Assembly (NCBI GenBank): GCA_016926265.1
Contig: JAFGOW010000217.1
Coordinates: 11,944 to 75,943 of the forward strand
Source: Deltaproteobacteria bacterium
GTDB taxonomy: Bacteria; Desulfobacterota; Desulfuromonadia; Desulfuromonadales; JAAYDE01
DNA: 64,000 bases
Direction: 5' to 3'
The notes under the pieces were generated by a model that saw only the letters and a program-made list of their open reading frames with translations, had not been told where the DNA came from and searched no databases. The position numbers and the translations under genes were made by a program. Every line of letters starts with the position of its first letter. Position 1 is the stretch's first letter. This document shows, piece after piece, positions 10,762-20,094 of the stretch.

Positions 10762-13413
10762 ATGGATCTCATCACCACCCACGTAAATGCCGACTTCGAC
10801 TGTCTGGGGGGGATGATCGCCGCCAAAAAGCTCTATCCCGATGCGGAGATGGTGTTTGCCGGCGGCCAGGAACGGGGGCTAAGGGAATTTTTTCTCAAGA
10901 GTGCTTTTTACGCCTTCGATTTCAAACGGTTTAAAGAGATCGACGCGGCGCGGATCACCCGCCTTATTCTGGTGGATGTCCGGAACAGCGCGCGGATCGG
11001 TCCATTTGCCGAGATCGCCAGGCGTCCCGGGGTGGAGATCCATATCTTCGACCATCATGTGGAAGGGAAGGGCGACCTTCCCTGCACGCTGGAGCATATC
11101 GAACCGGTCGGCGCCACGGTGACCGTTTTCGCCCGAATCTTCGAGGAAAAAGGGATCCGTCCCAGCGCCGACGAGGCGACCCTGATGATGCTCGGCCTCT
11201 ACGAAGACACCAATGGGCTGCGCTCCAGTTCCACCACGGCCCGTGATTTTCAGGCGGCGGCTTTTTTTCTCGGCTGCGGCGCCAATCTCAATACCGTCAG
11301 CGACTTTTTGACCCAGGAACTGACAGCCGAACAGGTGGCGCTGCTCCATCAACTGCTTCGGTCCCTTTCCTGGATCCGGATCGAGAATATCGAGATTGCC
11401 GTCGCCCACTGTTCCGTCGACCACTATGTGGGGGATATCGCCGTTCTGGCCCATAAGCTCAGGGACATGAAAAACCTTGACGCCCTACTGGTCGCGGTGC
11501 GCATGGGAGGACGGATCTTCATGGTGGGGCGGTCCCGGATTCCCGAAGTTCCCATGGGAGAGATTCTGAGGGAATTCGGCGGCGGCGGTCACAGTTTCGC
11601 CGCTTCGGCCGCGGTACGGGATTTGACCCTGATCCAGATTCTGGAACGGATCCCCGCCGTTCTGGAAAAACACGTCCGCCAGAGCTGTGTGGCCTCGGAC
11701 ATCATGTCGGCGCCCGTTCGGAGCATTCCGGAGACGGCCTCCATCGCCCAGGCCCGGGAACTTCTCAACCGCTACAACCTCAACGCCATGCCCGTGGTCC
11801 TGGAGGAGCGGGTGACCGGAATCGTGACCCGCCAACTGGTTGACAAAGCTTTCTTTCACGGCCTGGCCGAGGTCCCCGTCAGCGAATATATGGACACCCA
11901 TTTTGTCTCACTGCCTCCCGAGACCCCGATTCGGGTTCTTCAAAAGCTGCTGCTTGAAGACCATCAGCGATTTTTTCCGGTGATCTCGGAGGGGCGTCTG
12001 GTCGGCGCTCTGACCCGAACCGATCTTTTGCGGCAACTGGTTTCGGGCTCCAAAGACCGCGAGGGGGCGATTTCCACCGGGCTTCAGGCCGGGGCCAGAA
12101 ACTCCCAGCGCAAGCAGTTGGCCCGCCTGCTTCGACTTCAGTTGTCCCCGGAAAAAATCGAATTGCTGCGGAGCATCGGCGATGTGGGGGACACCCTGCG
12201 GGTCGGGGTTTTTGTAGTCGGTGGATTTGTCCGGGATCTGCTGCTTCGAAAAGAAAACTTCGACATCGATATTGTTGTCGACGGCGACGGTATCGCTTTC
12301 GGGGAAGAATTCCGCCGCCGCCACCCCTGCCGGATTCGGACCCACGAGAAATTCCGGACCGCGGTCATCATCTTCCCCGATGGCTTCAAAATCGATGTTG
12401 CTTCGGCGCGCCTCGAATATTATCTGGAGCCTGGCGCCCTCCCCCAGGTGGAATACGCTTCCATCAAGATCGACCTCTATCGGCGCGATTTTACCATCAA
12501 TACCCTGGCCATCGCCCTCAACCGGGCCAAATTCGGAGAGTTGCTCGATTTTTTCGGGGGACAGCGGGATCTCCGCGAACGCAGCGTCCGGGTGCTTCAC
12601 AACCTGAGTTTTGTTGAGGACCCGACCCGTGTTTTCCGGGCCATTCGCCTGGAACAACGGCTCGGATTCCGGATCAGCCCCGATTCCGAGTTGTTGCTGC
12701 GGAGCGCGGTGCGGACCGGCTTTTTAAACCGGGTGAGCGGCAGCCGGTTGCTGAACGAACTGATTATCATCTTCAAGGAATCCGATCCGCTGCCCGCCCT
12801 GAAACGGATGGCGGAATTCGACGTTCTCAAGCTTCTGCATCCCTCCCTGGTCTGGAACCAGGCCATCGCCGATCTTTTCGGCGAGGCCTTCAAAGCCATC
12901 CATTGGTATGAACTGCTCTTTCTCGATGAAAAATTCCAGCGCTGGGCGATGTTATTTCTCTGTCTGACCTGCCAGTTGGACGACGATGCCATGCAGGGGG
13001 TCTGCGCCCGTTTCACCATCCCCAGAGATCTCCGTAAACTGTTGACCGCCGACCGTAAAAACCTTCATCATATACTCCGTCACTGGGAACAACGGGGGGG
13101 CGCCGCAGACACCATTCTTCCCAGTGAGGTCTACAACAGGCTTAAAACGCTGCCGCCGGAACTCCTCGTTTACGCTCTGGCATCGGCCAGAGGGGAGGAG
13201 GTGCGGCGGCTCATCTCCCTGCTTATTTCCCAATGGCGTTTTTTGGCGCCCGAGCTCAAAGGTCGCGATCTTGAGAATCTGGGCTACCGGCCCGGACCGA
13301 TTTTCCAGCAGATTTTTAAAGCGCTTCAAGAGGCCAGGCTGGATGGATGGGTGGGCTGCCGGGAGGATGAGATCGATTTCGTGCGGCGGATGTTCCCCCT
13401 TCCCAAGCAGTGA
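10762..13413 (+). CDS. DHH/DHHA1 - CBS pair - tRNA nucleotidyltransferase/poly(A) polymerase fusion protein
   Basis: 883 aa. N-terminal DHH motifs (HVNADFDCLGG, IFDHH, GGGGHSFAAS), a central CBS pair, then the nucleotidyltransferase head VVGGFVRDLLL..FDIDIVVDGD and RDFTINT. Confidence 0.85.
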   Translation: MDLITTHVNADFDCLGGMIAAKKLYPDAEMVFAGGQERGLREFFLKSAFYAFDFKRFKEIDAARITRLILVDVRNSARIGPFAEIARRPGVEIHIFDHHVEGKGDLPCTLEHIEPVGATVTVFARIFEEKGIRPSADEATLMMLGLYEDTNGLRSSSTTARDFQAAAFFLGCGANLNTVSDFLTQELTAEQVALLHQLLRSLSWIRIENIEIAVAHCSVDHYVGDIAVLAHKLRDMKNLDALLVAVRMGGRIFMVGRSRIPEVPMGEILREFGGGGHSFAASAAVRDLTLIQILERIPAVLEKHVRQSCVASDIMSAPVRSIPETASIAQARELLNRYNLNAMPVVLEERVTGIVTRQLVDKAFFHGLAEVPVSEYMDTHFVSLPPETPIRVLQKLLLEDHQRFFPVISEGRLVGALTRTDLLRQLVSGSKDREGAISTGLQAGARNSQRKQLARLLRLQLSPEKIELLRSIGDVGDTLRVGVFVVGGFVRDLLLRKENFDIDIVVDGDGIAFGEEFRRRHPCRIRTHEKFRTAVIIFPDGFKIDVASARLEYYLEPGALPQVEYASIKIDLYRRDFTINTLAIALNRAKFGELLDFFGGQRDLRERSVRVLHNLSFVEDPTRVFRAIRLEQRLGFRISPDSELLLRSAVRTGFLNRVSGSRLLNELIIIFKESDPLPALKRMAEFDVLKLLHPSLVWNQAIADLFGEAFKAIHWYELLFLDEKFQRWAMLFLCLTCQLDDDAMQGVCARFTIPRDLRKLLTADRKNLHHILRHWEQRGGAADTILPSEVYNRLKTLPPELLVYALASARGEEVRRLISLLISQWRFLAPELKGRDLENLGYRPGPIFQQIFKALQEARLDGWVGCREDEIDFVRRMFPLPKQ

Positions 13414-13439
13414 TCGACTTTCGGATTTGAAGGCTCCTC

Positions 13440-14030
13440 ATGGAAAATATTCTCACCCGTGTTTCCATCATGCTGATCCCGGCTCTTCTGGCCGTCATGA
13501 TCCACGAAGTTTCCCACGGCTATATCGCCCAGTATTTCGGCGACCCCACTGCCCGGCTTCTCGGCCGCCTCACCCTGAACCCTTTTAAGCATCTCGACCC
13601 GTTGGGGGTGGCGGCTTTAATGGTGTTTGGTTTCGGATGGGCCAAGCCGGTACCTGTCAATGTCCAGAATCTCAACGCCCCGAGGCGGGACATGATCTGG
13701 ATCTCCCTGGGGGGGCCTTTGGCGAATCTGGCCCTGGCCGCTTTATCCGCGCTGGTGTTGAGGGGGCTGGTCGCTACCGGTCACTTTTTCCATGGTGAAT
13801 GGTTCCTCTTCATTTTCAAACCGGTTCTTTTTATGGCCGGTTTCAGTCTCTATATCAATGTTCTGCTGGCGGTTTTCAACCTGCTCCCCGTCCCTCCCCT
13901 GGACGGAGGGAAAATCCTCGCCGGTCTGCTTCCCTACCGGCAGGCTTCCCTGGTTGCCAAACTGGAGCCCTTCGGATTTGTCATCGTCATTCTGCTGGTT
14001 TTTTTACCCGGTTTTGGGAACTGGTTTTAG
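13440..14030 (+). CDS. Site-2 protease family (peptidase M50) membrane protein
   Basis: HEVSHG zinc motif in a TM helix and FNLLPVPPLDGGK second motif. Confidence 0.85.
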   Translation: MENILTRVSIMLIPALLAVMIHEVSHGYIAQYFGDPTARLLGRLTLNPFKHLDPLGVAALMVFGFGWAKPVPVNVQNLNAPRRDMIWISLGGPLANLALAALSALVLRGLVATGHFFHGEWFLFIFKPVLFMAGFSLYINVLLAVFNLLPVPPLDGGKILAGLLPYRQASLVAKLEPFGFVIVILLVFLPGFGNWF

Positions 14031-14148
14031 CGCCCATCATCAAATGGGTCGTGGCCGGCCTGGCCGGGAATCAGGTCATGCTGGTTGAACAGGTGGTCCT
14101 GTTTTTGTTCCGGCCCTTGTAACGGGGCTGAAGTTCGGGGATCTATCC

Positions 14149-14859
14149 ATGGTTTTTCTTGTCAAACAGTGCCATTTCGAAGGTCCTCTGGATCTGCTGC
14201 TCCATCTGATCCGCAAAAACCATCTGGATATCTGCACCATCGCCATCTCTCAGGTCACCAACGAATTTCTGAACACGCTCGACGAAATGAGAAATTTCAA
14301 TCTGGAAATCGCCGGCGATTACCTGGTCATGGCCGCCACCTTGATTCATATCAAATCGCGCCTGTTGTTGCCGGTCCTTGAAAAAGATCCCGAGGTGGAG
14401 GACGACGAGGACGACGACCGCGGGGAGGAACTGGTCCAGCGTCTCAAGGAATATCGGCTTTTTCAGGAAACGGCGTTGATGCTGGATCGTTATCCGCTGC
14501 TGGAGCGGGAGGTGTTCACCTCGGGGTGGGCGGGGGAAGAGCTGAGGGAAGAGGAAGGCCTGGAGGTGGATCTGTTTCATTTTCTCAAGGTATGCCGTGA
14601 GGTTTTGACCGAGCAACCGATTGAATCGATACACCAGGTTGAGATGGAAAACCTTTCGGTGGCCCAGCGGATCGAGGAGATAAAACGGATTCTTGCCTCG
14701 GCCTCCTCCTCCGAACTGGGGTTGCTGTTGGAGGGAAACCCATCCCCGCTTCAGGTTGTCGTGACCCTGCTTGCCATCCTGGAACTGGTAAAAGTCCGGG
14801 TGATCCGCCTGATTCAGCACCGGGAATTCGGCCCCATCGAAATTTGGCCGGTCACCTGA
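14149..14859 (+). CDS. scpA: Segregation and condensation protein A
   Basis: FEGPLDLLLHLIRKNHLDI signature. Followed by scpB with overlapping ends. Confidence 0.9.
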   Translation: MVFLVKQCHFEGPLDLLLHLIRKNHLDICTIAISQVTNEFLNTLDEMRNFNLEIAGDYLVMAATLIHIKSRLLLPVLEKDPEVEDDEDDDRGEELVQRLKEYRLFQETALMLDRYPLLEREVFTSGWAGEELREEEGLEVDLFHFLKVCREVLTEQPIESIHQVEMENLSVAQRIEEIKRILASASSSELGLLLEGNPSPLQVVVTLLAILELVKVRVIRLIQHREFGPIEIWPVT

Positions 14860-15434
14860 TTTTTTTTGGAAAAGGGATATCCTTGGATACCGCTGAACTC
14901 GCAGCCGTGATTGAATCCCTGATTTTCGCGGCTGAAAAACCTCTGAGGCTCGGCCAAATCTCCGAACTCATGGAGGTTGACCGGAACTCCGTTCAAGCGG
15001 CCCTGAATGTGCTCGATGAAAAATACAACCGGTTGCCGGGCGGTATCCAACTGGCCGAGGTCGCCGAGGGATTTCAGTTCCGGACCCGCCCCGAATACGC
15101 CTTTTGGGTCCGGAGAGCCCAAAAACGCCGGATGTTTCGGCTCTCCCGCGCAGCGTTGGAGATTCTGGCCATCGTCGCCTACCGGCAACCGATCACCCGC
15201 GGCGAAATGGAACAGATCCGCGGCGTTGACTGTGACGGAGCCCTCAGGACCCTTCTGGAAAAGAAGATGGTTCGGCTCTGTGGCAAAAAAGAAGCTCCCG
15301 GACGCCCGCTGCTCTACGGGACCTCCTCCTTTTTTTTGGAGACTTTCGGCCTCCGGGACTTGAAAGAGCTGCCTGATCTGAGGCAAATCCAGCAACTGTT
15401 TCCCGAAGGAAAGGGGCCCCGCGTTGATGAGTGA
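14844..15434 (+). CDS. scpB: Segregation and condensation protein B
   Basis: AVIESLIFAAEKPL, winged-helix repeats, ITRGEMEQIRGV. The exact start is uncertain; a downstream TTG is possible. Confidence 0.87.
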   Translation: MAGHLIFFGKGISLDTAELAAVIESLIFAAEKPLRLGQISELMEVDRNSVQAALNVLDEKYNRLPGGIQLAEVAEGFQFRTRPEYAFWVRRAQKRRMFRLSRAALEILAIVAYRQPITRGEMEQIRGVDCDGALRTLLEKKMVRLCGKKEAPGRPLLYGTSSFFLETFGLRDLKELPDLRQIQQLFPEGKGPRVDE

Positions 15435-15464
15435 AAATTCTTCTCCGCACCCCTTTTTCCCAAC

Positions 15465-16211
15465 ATGAAGGAACGACTCCAGAAAATAATCGCCGCCGCC
15501 GGACTCGGGTCCCGCCGCCAAGCCGAGAGCTGGATTGCGGCCGGCGAGGTGACCGTGGATGGGATTGCTGCTGCTCTGGGAGACAAAGCGGATCCCGCCA
15601 CCCAGACCATCCTGGTTCGAGGGAAAAAACTGGTAGGGCGCAGGGGGCATCTCTATCTGCTGCTGAATAAGCCGGCCGGAGTTATGTGCACCCGTTCCGA
15701 TCCGCAGGGGCGGCCGTTAATTTTCGATCTGGTTCCCGAAAAAATTGGGGTTTTGTTTACGGTTGGCCGGCTTGATATGACCACCGAAGGGCTTATCCTT
15801 CTCACCGACGATGGAGAGTTGGCCCACCGCCTGGCCCATCCCGCTTTCAAGGTGGAGAAAACCTATCTGGTACGGGCGCGGGGAAAATTATCCCAGGAAC
15901 ACCTTGACGCCCTGGAACGGGGTGTTGTACTTGAAGATGGGCTCACGGCGCCGGCCCGGCTGGACCGCGTCCGCTTCGGAGGTGGCCATACCTGGCTAGA
16001 AATTACCCTGCGTGAGGGGCGCAACCGGCAGGTGCGGAGGATGCTCGAGGCGGTTGGGCATCCTGTCAGCCGCCTGAAGAGAATACGATACGCCTTTCTG
16101 GAAATCGACGGTTTGGAAACCGGCCGCTACCGGCCCCTGACCCAGGGAGAGATCGCACGTTTGAAAAACCTGGTTCCCGAACGGAAAAATGACCGCCGCC
16201 TGCCGGAATAA
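15465..16211 (+). CDS. rluB: Pseudouridine synthase, RsuA/RluB family
   Basis: S4 domain (RLQKIIAAAGLGSRRQAESWI) and catalytic motif GRLDMTTEGLILLTDDGE. Confidence 0.88.
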   Translation: MKERLQKIIAAAGLGSRRQAESWIAAGEVTVDGIAAALGDKADPATQTILVRGKKLVGRRGHLYLLLNKPAGVMCTRSDPQGRPLIFDLVPEKIGVLFTVGRLDMTTEGLILLTDDGELAHRLAHPAFKVEKTYLVRARGKLSQEHLDALERGVVLEDGLTAPARLDRVRFGGGHTWLEITLREGRNRQVRRMLEAVGHPVSRLKRIRYAFLEIDGLETGRYRPLTQGEIARLKNLVPERKNDRRLPE

Positions 16212-16294
16212 TCTTGCATCATCGAATGGGATATCCCGGCATCCTTTTCACACTCAAAACTGCAAACAAACTCAAAGTTCCAGATCTTTTTGAT

Positions 16295-16310
16295 TGGAGT
16301 AGTATTTGCA
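16295..16310 (+). promoter_or_regulatory. Candidate sigma54 (-24/-12) promoter
   Basis: TGGAGTAGTATTTGCA has the GG-N10-GC spacing and the TTGCA -12 element of the TGGCAC-N5-TTGCW consensus. The -24 hexamer is only partly matched. Confidence 0.3.
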
Positions 16311-16482
16311 AATTCGTGAGTCGTCCTGGTCGGGCCGCAGGGTTCTGGTTCCAAGGGGGCCGCAGCGGGCCGGGGACAGGGCCTAATGCAGCATTCTGTG
16401 CCTGGTCAAGAATTTGACCCGGCGGCGGTTTTTTGAACTGTTTGGGTTCCGTGTTGCACAAAAAAGCATTGTCCCTGGATTG

Positions 16483-16511
16483 TTGTCAAATCCTCTGAAA
16501 TGTCCTATAAT
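16483..16511 (+). promoter_or_regulatory. Candidate sigma70 promoter for the TPR/ExeA-like operon
   Basis: TTGTCA, a 17-nt spacer, then a perfect TATAAT. Lies about 160 nt upstream of the GTG start at 16673. Confidence 0.45.
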
Positions 16512-16672
16512 TGCCCCATCCACTAGGTTGGGGAGCGGCTGGCAGGGGGGGCGGAAGGTTGATTGTCTTTCCAGGCGCCCAAATTGTCCCATTGAATGAG
16601 GAGGGGGCATTTTCCCCAAATAGGCTCTCAAAAGCCTGAGAAAATTTAATTTTTGTCACTTAAAACATCGGG

Positions 16673-18865
16673 GTGACCGCATTGTCCAATAAAGAGAAAT
16701 TGCTTATTTCCGCCCAGAAATACATCAAAAACGGGCGTGTCGACAAGGCCATCAAGGATTACGAAAAAATCGTCAGCCTTGACCCCAACGACATCCGGTC
16801 CCGATTGAAAATTGCCGAGCTTTATGGGCGAACGGGTGAAAACTCCAAAGCCATCGCAGAATACGAAGTTATTTCCAAGTATTACTGCAACACCAAGTTT
16901 TTTCTCAAAGCCATTGCCATTCTGAAACAGATTCAGAAGCTGGCTCCCGAGAGGAAAGAACTTCACCGGCAAATTGGTGAACTCAATGAGCAGGAAGGTC
17001 TTATTGGCAATGCCGTAGCTGAATACCGCTGCCTGTGCAACTTTTACGAAAAAGACGGGAAAAACAGCGAACTTCTCGAAATTCTCAAAAGAATGTCACG
17101 GCTGGAACCGCGGAATCTGGCCGTTCGGATGAAATGCGCCGAAGTCTCCAAGAAGTTTGGTTCCGAGCAGGAGGCGCGCGCCGAATTGGCCACTGTTCTT
17201 GAGGTTCTCAAGGAACAAAACGATATCCCCACCCTGACCCGATTTTTTGAGTTTCAAAAAGGGTTGTTCCCTGGAGATGTACCGACCGCGATCGCCCTGG
17301 CTGAATTGAAAATTCGCTCGGGCAAAGCTTCGGAGGGGATTGCAGCCCTTGAAAAGCTTTTCAGCCAAGGGGTTTTTCAGCGGGAATTACTTCAGGGTCT
17401 TCTGGATGGCTACACCCAGACCGGAAATGCCGCCGGGAAAAAGAAGGTCCTTCTTAAGCTGCTTCCCCTAGAGCCGGAAAACCTTTCCCTGCGCCACGAT
17501 CTGATTACCGCCTGTCTGGAATGCCGCGACCCCAAAGAGGCGCTCGATCTGCTGGCCCCTTATACTGAAAAATTTCTTCAAAAGGGACACGCCGAGGATA
17601 TCCGCAGGTTTTATACGACCCTGAAGACTTCCCACCCCGGAGATCCGCGCATTGCCGGTGGCCTCAAGACCGTCGATGAATTCCTGAAAAAACGGGATAA
17701 TCCCTTTGACAGCATTGCTTTGAATGAAATGGGTATTCCCGCCGAACAGTCCCTGGCAGGGATGGTTGCCGTTTCCTCTGCTGAGACCCAACCCCTTGCG
17801 GGCTTGCCTGAGGACCCTAAGGCCGGCACGGGTAGCGAAGAGCCGACGCTGGAGTTGAACGCCGAAAATATTGTCGAGGTGGATGAACTGGTTTTGGAAG
17901 ATAACCAGGGAACCCCGGTCGGGACTGCTGACCCTGGCGGTTCGAAGGCATCGGAAACCTTCCAGGTTATCTCCACCGCCGATGAAATGGCTCCCGGCGC
18001 CCCATCGGAGCTCAATGGCCCTGTGGATGAAGGGTTTCTGGATTTGGACTTTTTGTCCGATGTCGATGAAAAGGCGGAAACGGCGGCTACTCCTGCTGAT
18101 TTCTCCAAGGAATTGGAAGAGGCCGATTTCTATCTTCAGCAGGGGCTGCTGGATGAAGCGGAACGGGTTTGCAGGCAAATTCTCAGCTCCCAAGGGGATT
18201 TCAAGGATGCCCAGGACCGGCTTGAACAGATCAGCATCCGCCGTAGCGCGGTAACGGCCAAGGGAAAGGCCAAAAGGGGGAAAGAAACCTCCGCAGCTCC
18301 TGGCGAGGAACTTTTTGACGGGTCATCCAAAGGGTTGGGAGGGCATTTGGATCTGGATCTGGCCGGCGACGAGATGCTGGCCGATTCCCAGAAAGGGGTT
18401 AAAACTGAAATTGGCCAGGAGGATACCGAGACCCATTTTCAGCTAGGGATTGCTTTCAAGGAAATGGGGCAGCTAGATGAAGCCATCAAAGAATTCGACC
18501 AGGCGATGAAAGACCCTGACCGTTTCGTCGCCTGCGCTGTCTTGAAAGCCTCCTGCCTCATCGAAAAAGGGGTTGTAGACGCCGCTGAGGACTATTATCT
18601 GGGGATTCTTTCCAAAAGCGGGCTTTCGGAACAGGATACCCTGGTCCTCAATTTTGAACTGGGGCTTTTTTACCAGGGGCAGAACCGTTTTAACGATGCC
18701 GCTGAAAAATTTCGTCAGGTTTCCAATCTTGATCCTTTTTATCGGGATGTCGGCGAAAAAATTAAGGAAATTCAAAGGCAAACGGGAAACACGGACGCTT
18801 CCGACAGCGAAGGGGAAGAGCCTTCGGGGACCAACGAACGTAAGGATCGCGTTTCCTACGTTTGA
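16673..18865 (+). CDS. Bipartite tetratricopeptide-repeat protein with acidic/proline-rich central linker
   Basis: 730 aa with a GTG start. N-terminal TPR-like repeats (about residues 1-340), a low-complexity acidic linker, a FimV-like motif EADFYLQQGLLDEAERV, and C-terminal TPRs (HFQLGIAFKEMGQLDEAIKEF). Confidence 0.8.
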   Translation: MTALSNKEKLLISAQKYIKNGRVDKAIKDYEKIVSLDPNDIRSRLKIAELYGRTGENSKAIAEYEVISKYYCNTKFFLKAIAILKQIQKLAPERKELHRQIGELNEQEGLIGNAVAEYRCLCNFYEKDGKNSELLEILKRMSRLEPRNLAVRMKCAEVSKKFGSEQEARAELATVLEVLKEQNDIPTLTRFFEFQKGLFPGDVPTAIALAELKIRSGKASEGIAALEKLFSQGVFQRELLQGLLDGYTQTGNAAGKKKVLLKLLPLEPENLSLRHDLITACLECRDPKEALDLLAPYTEKFLQKGHAEDIRRFYTTLKTSHPGDPRIAGGLKTVDEFLKKRDNPFDSIALNEMGIPAEQSLAGMVAVSSAETQPLAGLPEDPKAGTGSEEPTLELNAENIVEVDELVLEDNQGTPVGTADPGGSKASETFQVISTADEMAPGAPSELNGPVDEGFLDLDFLSDVDEKAETAATPADFSKELEEADFYLQQGLLDEAERVCRQILSSQGDFKDAQDRLEQISIRRSAVTAKGKAKRGKETSAAPGEELFDGSSKGLGGHLDLDLAGDEMLADSQKGVKTEIGQEDTETHFQLGIAFKEMGQLDEAIKEFDQAMKDPDRFVACAVLKASCLIEKGVVDAAEDYYLGILSKSGLSEQDTLVLNFELGLFYQGQNRFNDAAEKFRQVSNLDPFYRDVGEKIKEIQRQTGNTDASDSEGEEPSGTNERKDRVSYV

Positions 18866-19029
18866 GGATGTTAGGTTTTCCTCAAGGCTGAAAAAGGATT
18901 GTGGTTCCAAAGGCCAGGGCCGGGTTGTCTGAAATTCAGGCTGGGCTTTATGGGCGCGATTCCTGAGTGGCCCGAAAATTTAAAAGGAGCAGTTGTTTGA
19001 TGACCTGTAAATGAGGCTGAGTCAATGCC

Positions 19030-19929
19030 ATGAGCTACGCTGAATATTTTGGTTTAAAACTCGATCCCTTTTCCAACGCTCCGGACACCCGTTTTTACTA
19101 CAACAGCCGGCAACATAGCGATGCGTTGCACAAACTGCTGTTCGCCATTCATTCCAACAAAGGGCTGGGTGTGGTCATCGGGGGGGTTGGGACCGGAAAG
19201 ACCACTCTCGCGCGCCATCTGCTCTCGGTTCTTCCCGACAAAAAATACGAATCTTCCCTGCTGGTCATGGTCCATTCCGGAATCACCACCGAGTGGATCC
19301 TGACCCGCATCGCCATCCAGTTGGGAGTGCCGTCCCCGGAACCCGACCGGCTGATTCTGCTCAGCCAACTTTATGACCGCCTGGTACAGATCGATGCCGA
19401 GGGTCGTTACGCGGTGGTTTTGATCGATGAGGCTCAGATGCTTCAGACCCGGGAATTGATGGAAGAATTCCGGGGCCTTCTGAATCTTGAAATCCCCGGA
19501 AAAAAACTTTTGAACATTATTTTTTTCGGGCTTCCCGAAATCTCCGATTGTCTGCGACTTGACGAGCCGTTGGCGCAACGGGTTGCCGTTCGATGTTTTC
19601 TGCATCCCTTTACGCTGGAAACTACCGATCACTATATCCGGCATCGACTCCAGATTGCCGGGAGCCAACAGATGCTTTTCACCCCCGAAGCCGTTTCCGT
19701 TATCCAACGATATTCCGGTGGGCTCCCCCGCCTTATCAATACGCTTTGCGATAACTGCCTTTTTGAAGCTTATTTGCGTAAAATGACGCAGGTTTCCTAT
19801 AAGGTGGGGCAAAACGTCGCCGAGGATTTGGGGCTCGCTCACATGCCGTTGGAAGGAAAAACCAACAAAAACTTTCCGGCCTTGGACGAAATTGAAAATA
19901 TGCTCGACCGCCTTGAACAGAAACTCTAG
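19030..19929 (+). CDS. ExeA/GspA/MshM-type AAA+ ATPase
   Basis: MSYAEYFGLKLDPFSNAPDTRFYY N-terminus typical of the ExeA family. Walker A GGVGTGKTTLARHLL and Walker B VVLIDEAQML. No C-terminal peptidoglycan-binding domain. Confidence 0.85.
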   Translation: MSYAEYFGLKLDPFSNAPDTRFYYNSRQHSDALHKLLFAIHSNKGLGVVIGGVGTGKTTLARHLLSVLPDKKYESSLLVMVHSGITTEWILTRIAIQLGVPSPEPDRLILLSQLYDRLVQIDAEGRYAVVLIDEAQMLQTRELMEEFRGLLNLEIPGKKLLNIIFFGLPEISDCLRLDEPLAQRVAVRCFLHPFTLETTDHYIRHRLQIAGSQQMLFTPEAVSVIQRYSGGLPRLINTLCDNCLFEAYLRKMTQVSYKVGQNVAEDLGLAHMPLEGKTNKNFPALDEIENMLDRLEQKL

Positions 19930-19955
19930 GCGATTGCTCAAAAAAGGATTTGGCC

Positions 19956-19981
19956 TCCTGGACCCAGCGTCAGGATTTTTT
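19956..19981 (+). terminator. Weak intrinsic terminator after the ExeA-like gene
   Basis: TCCTG-N10-CAGGA followed by TTTTTT. Only a 5-bp stem. Confidence 0.35.
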
Positions 19982-20094
19982 GAAACGATAGCCTTGACGA
20001 CGTGTCTTAAAAGTCCAAAGCAATGCATTACGGGCCAAAAGCGCAGTTTTTCCGCAACCTGCTAGAAATAGCGGATTGGCGGCCTTTTCCAACA

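Noticed and set aside
16214-16599. Small ORFs of 61-82 aa in the rluB-TPR intergenic region
   Set aside because: There is no RBS context, the ORFs overlap each other in several frames, and the compositions are atypical. The region is treated as non-coding.
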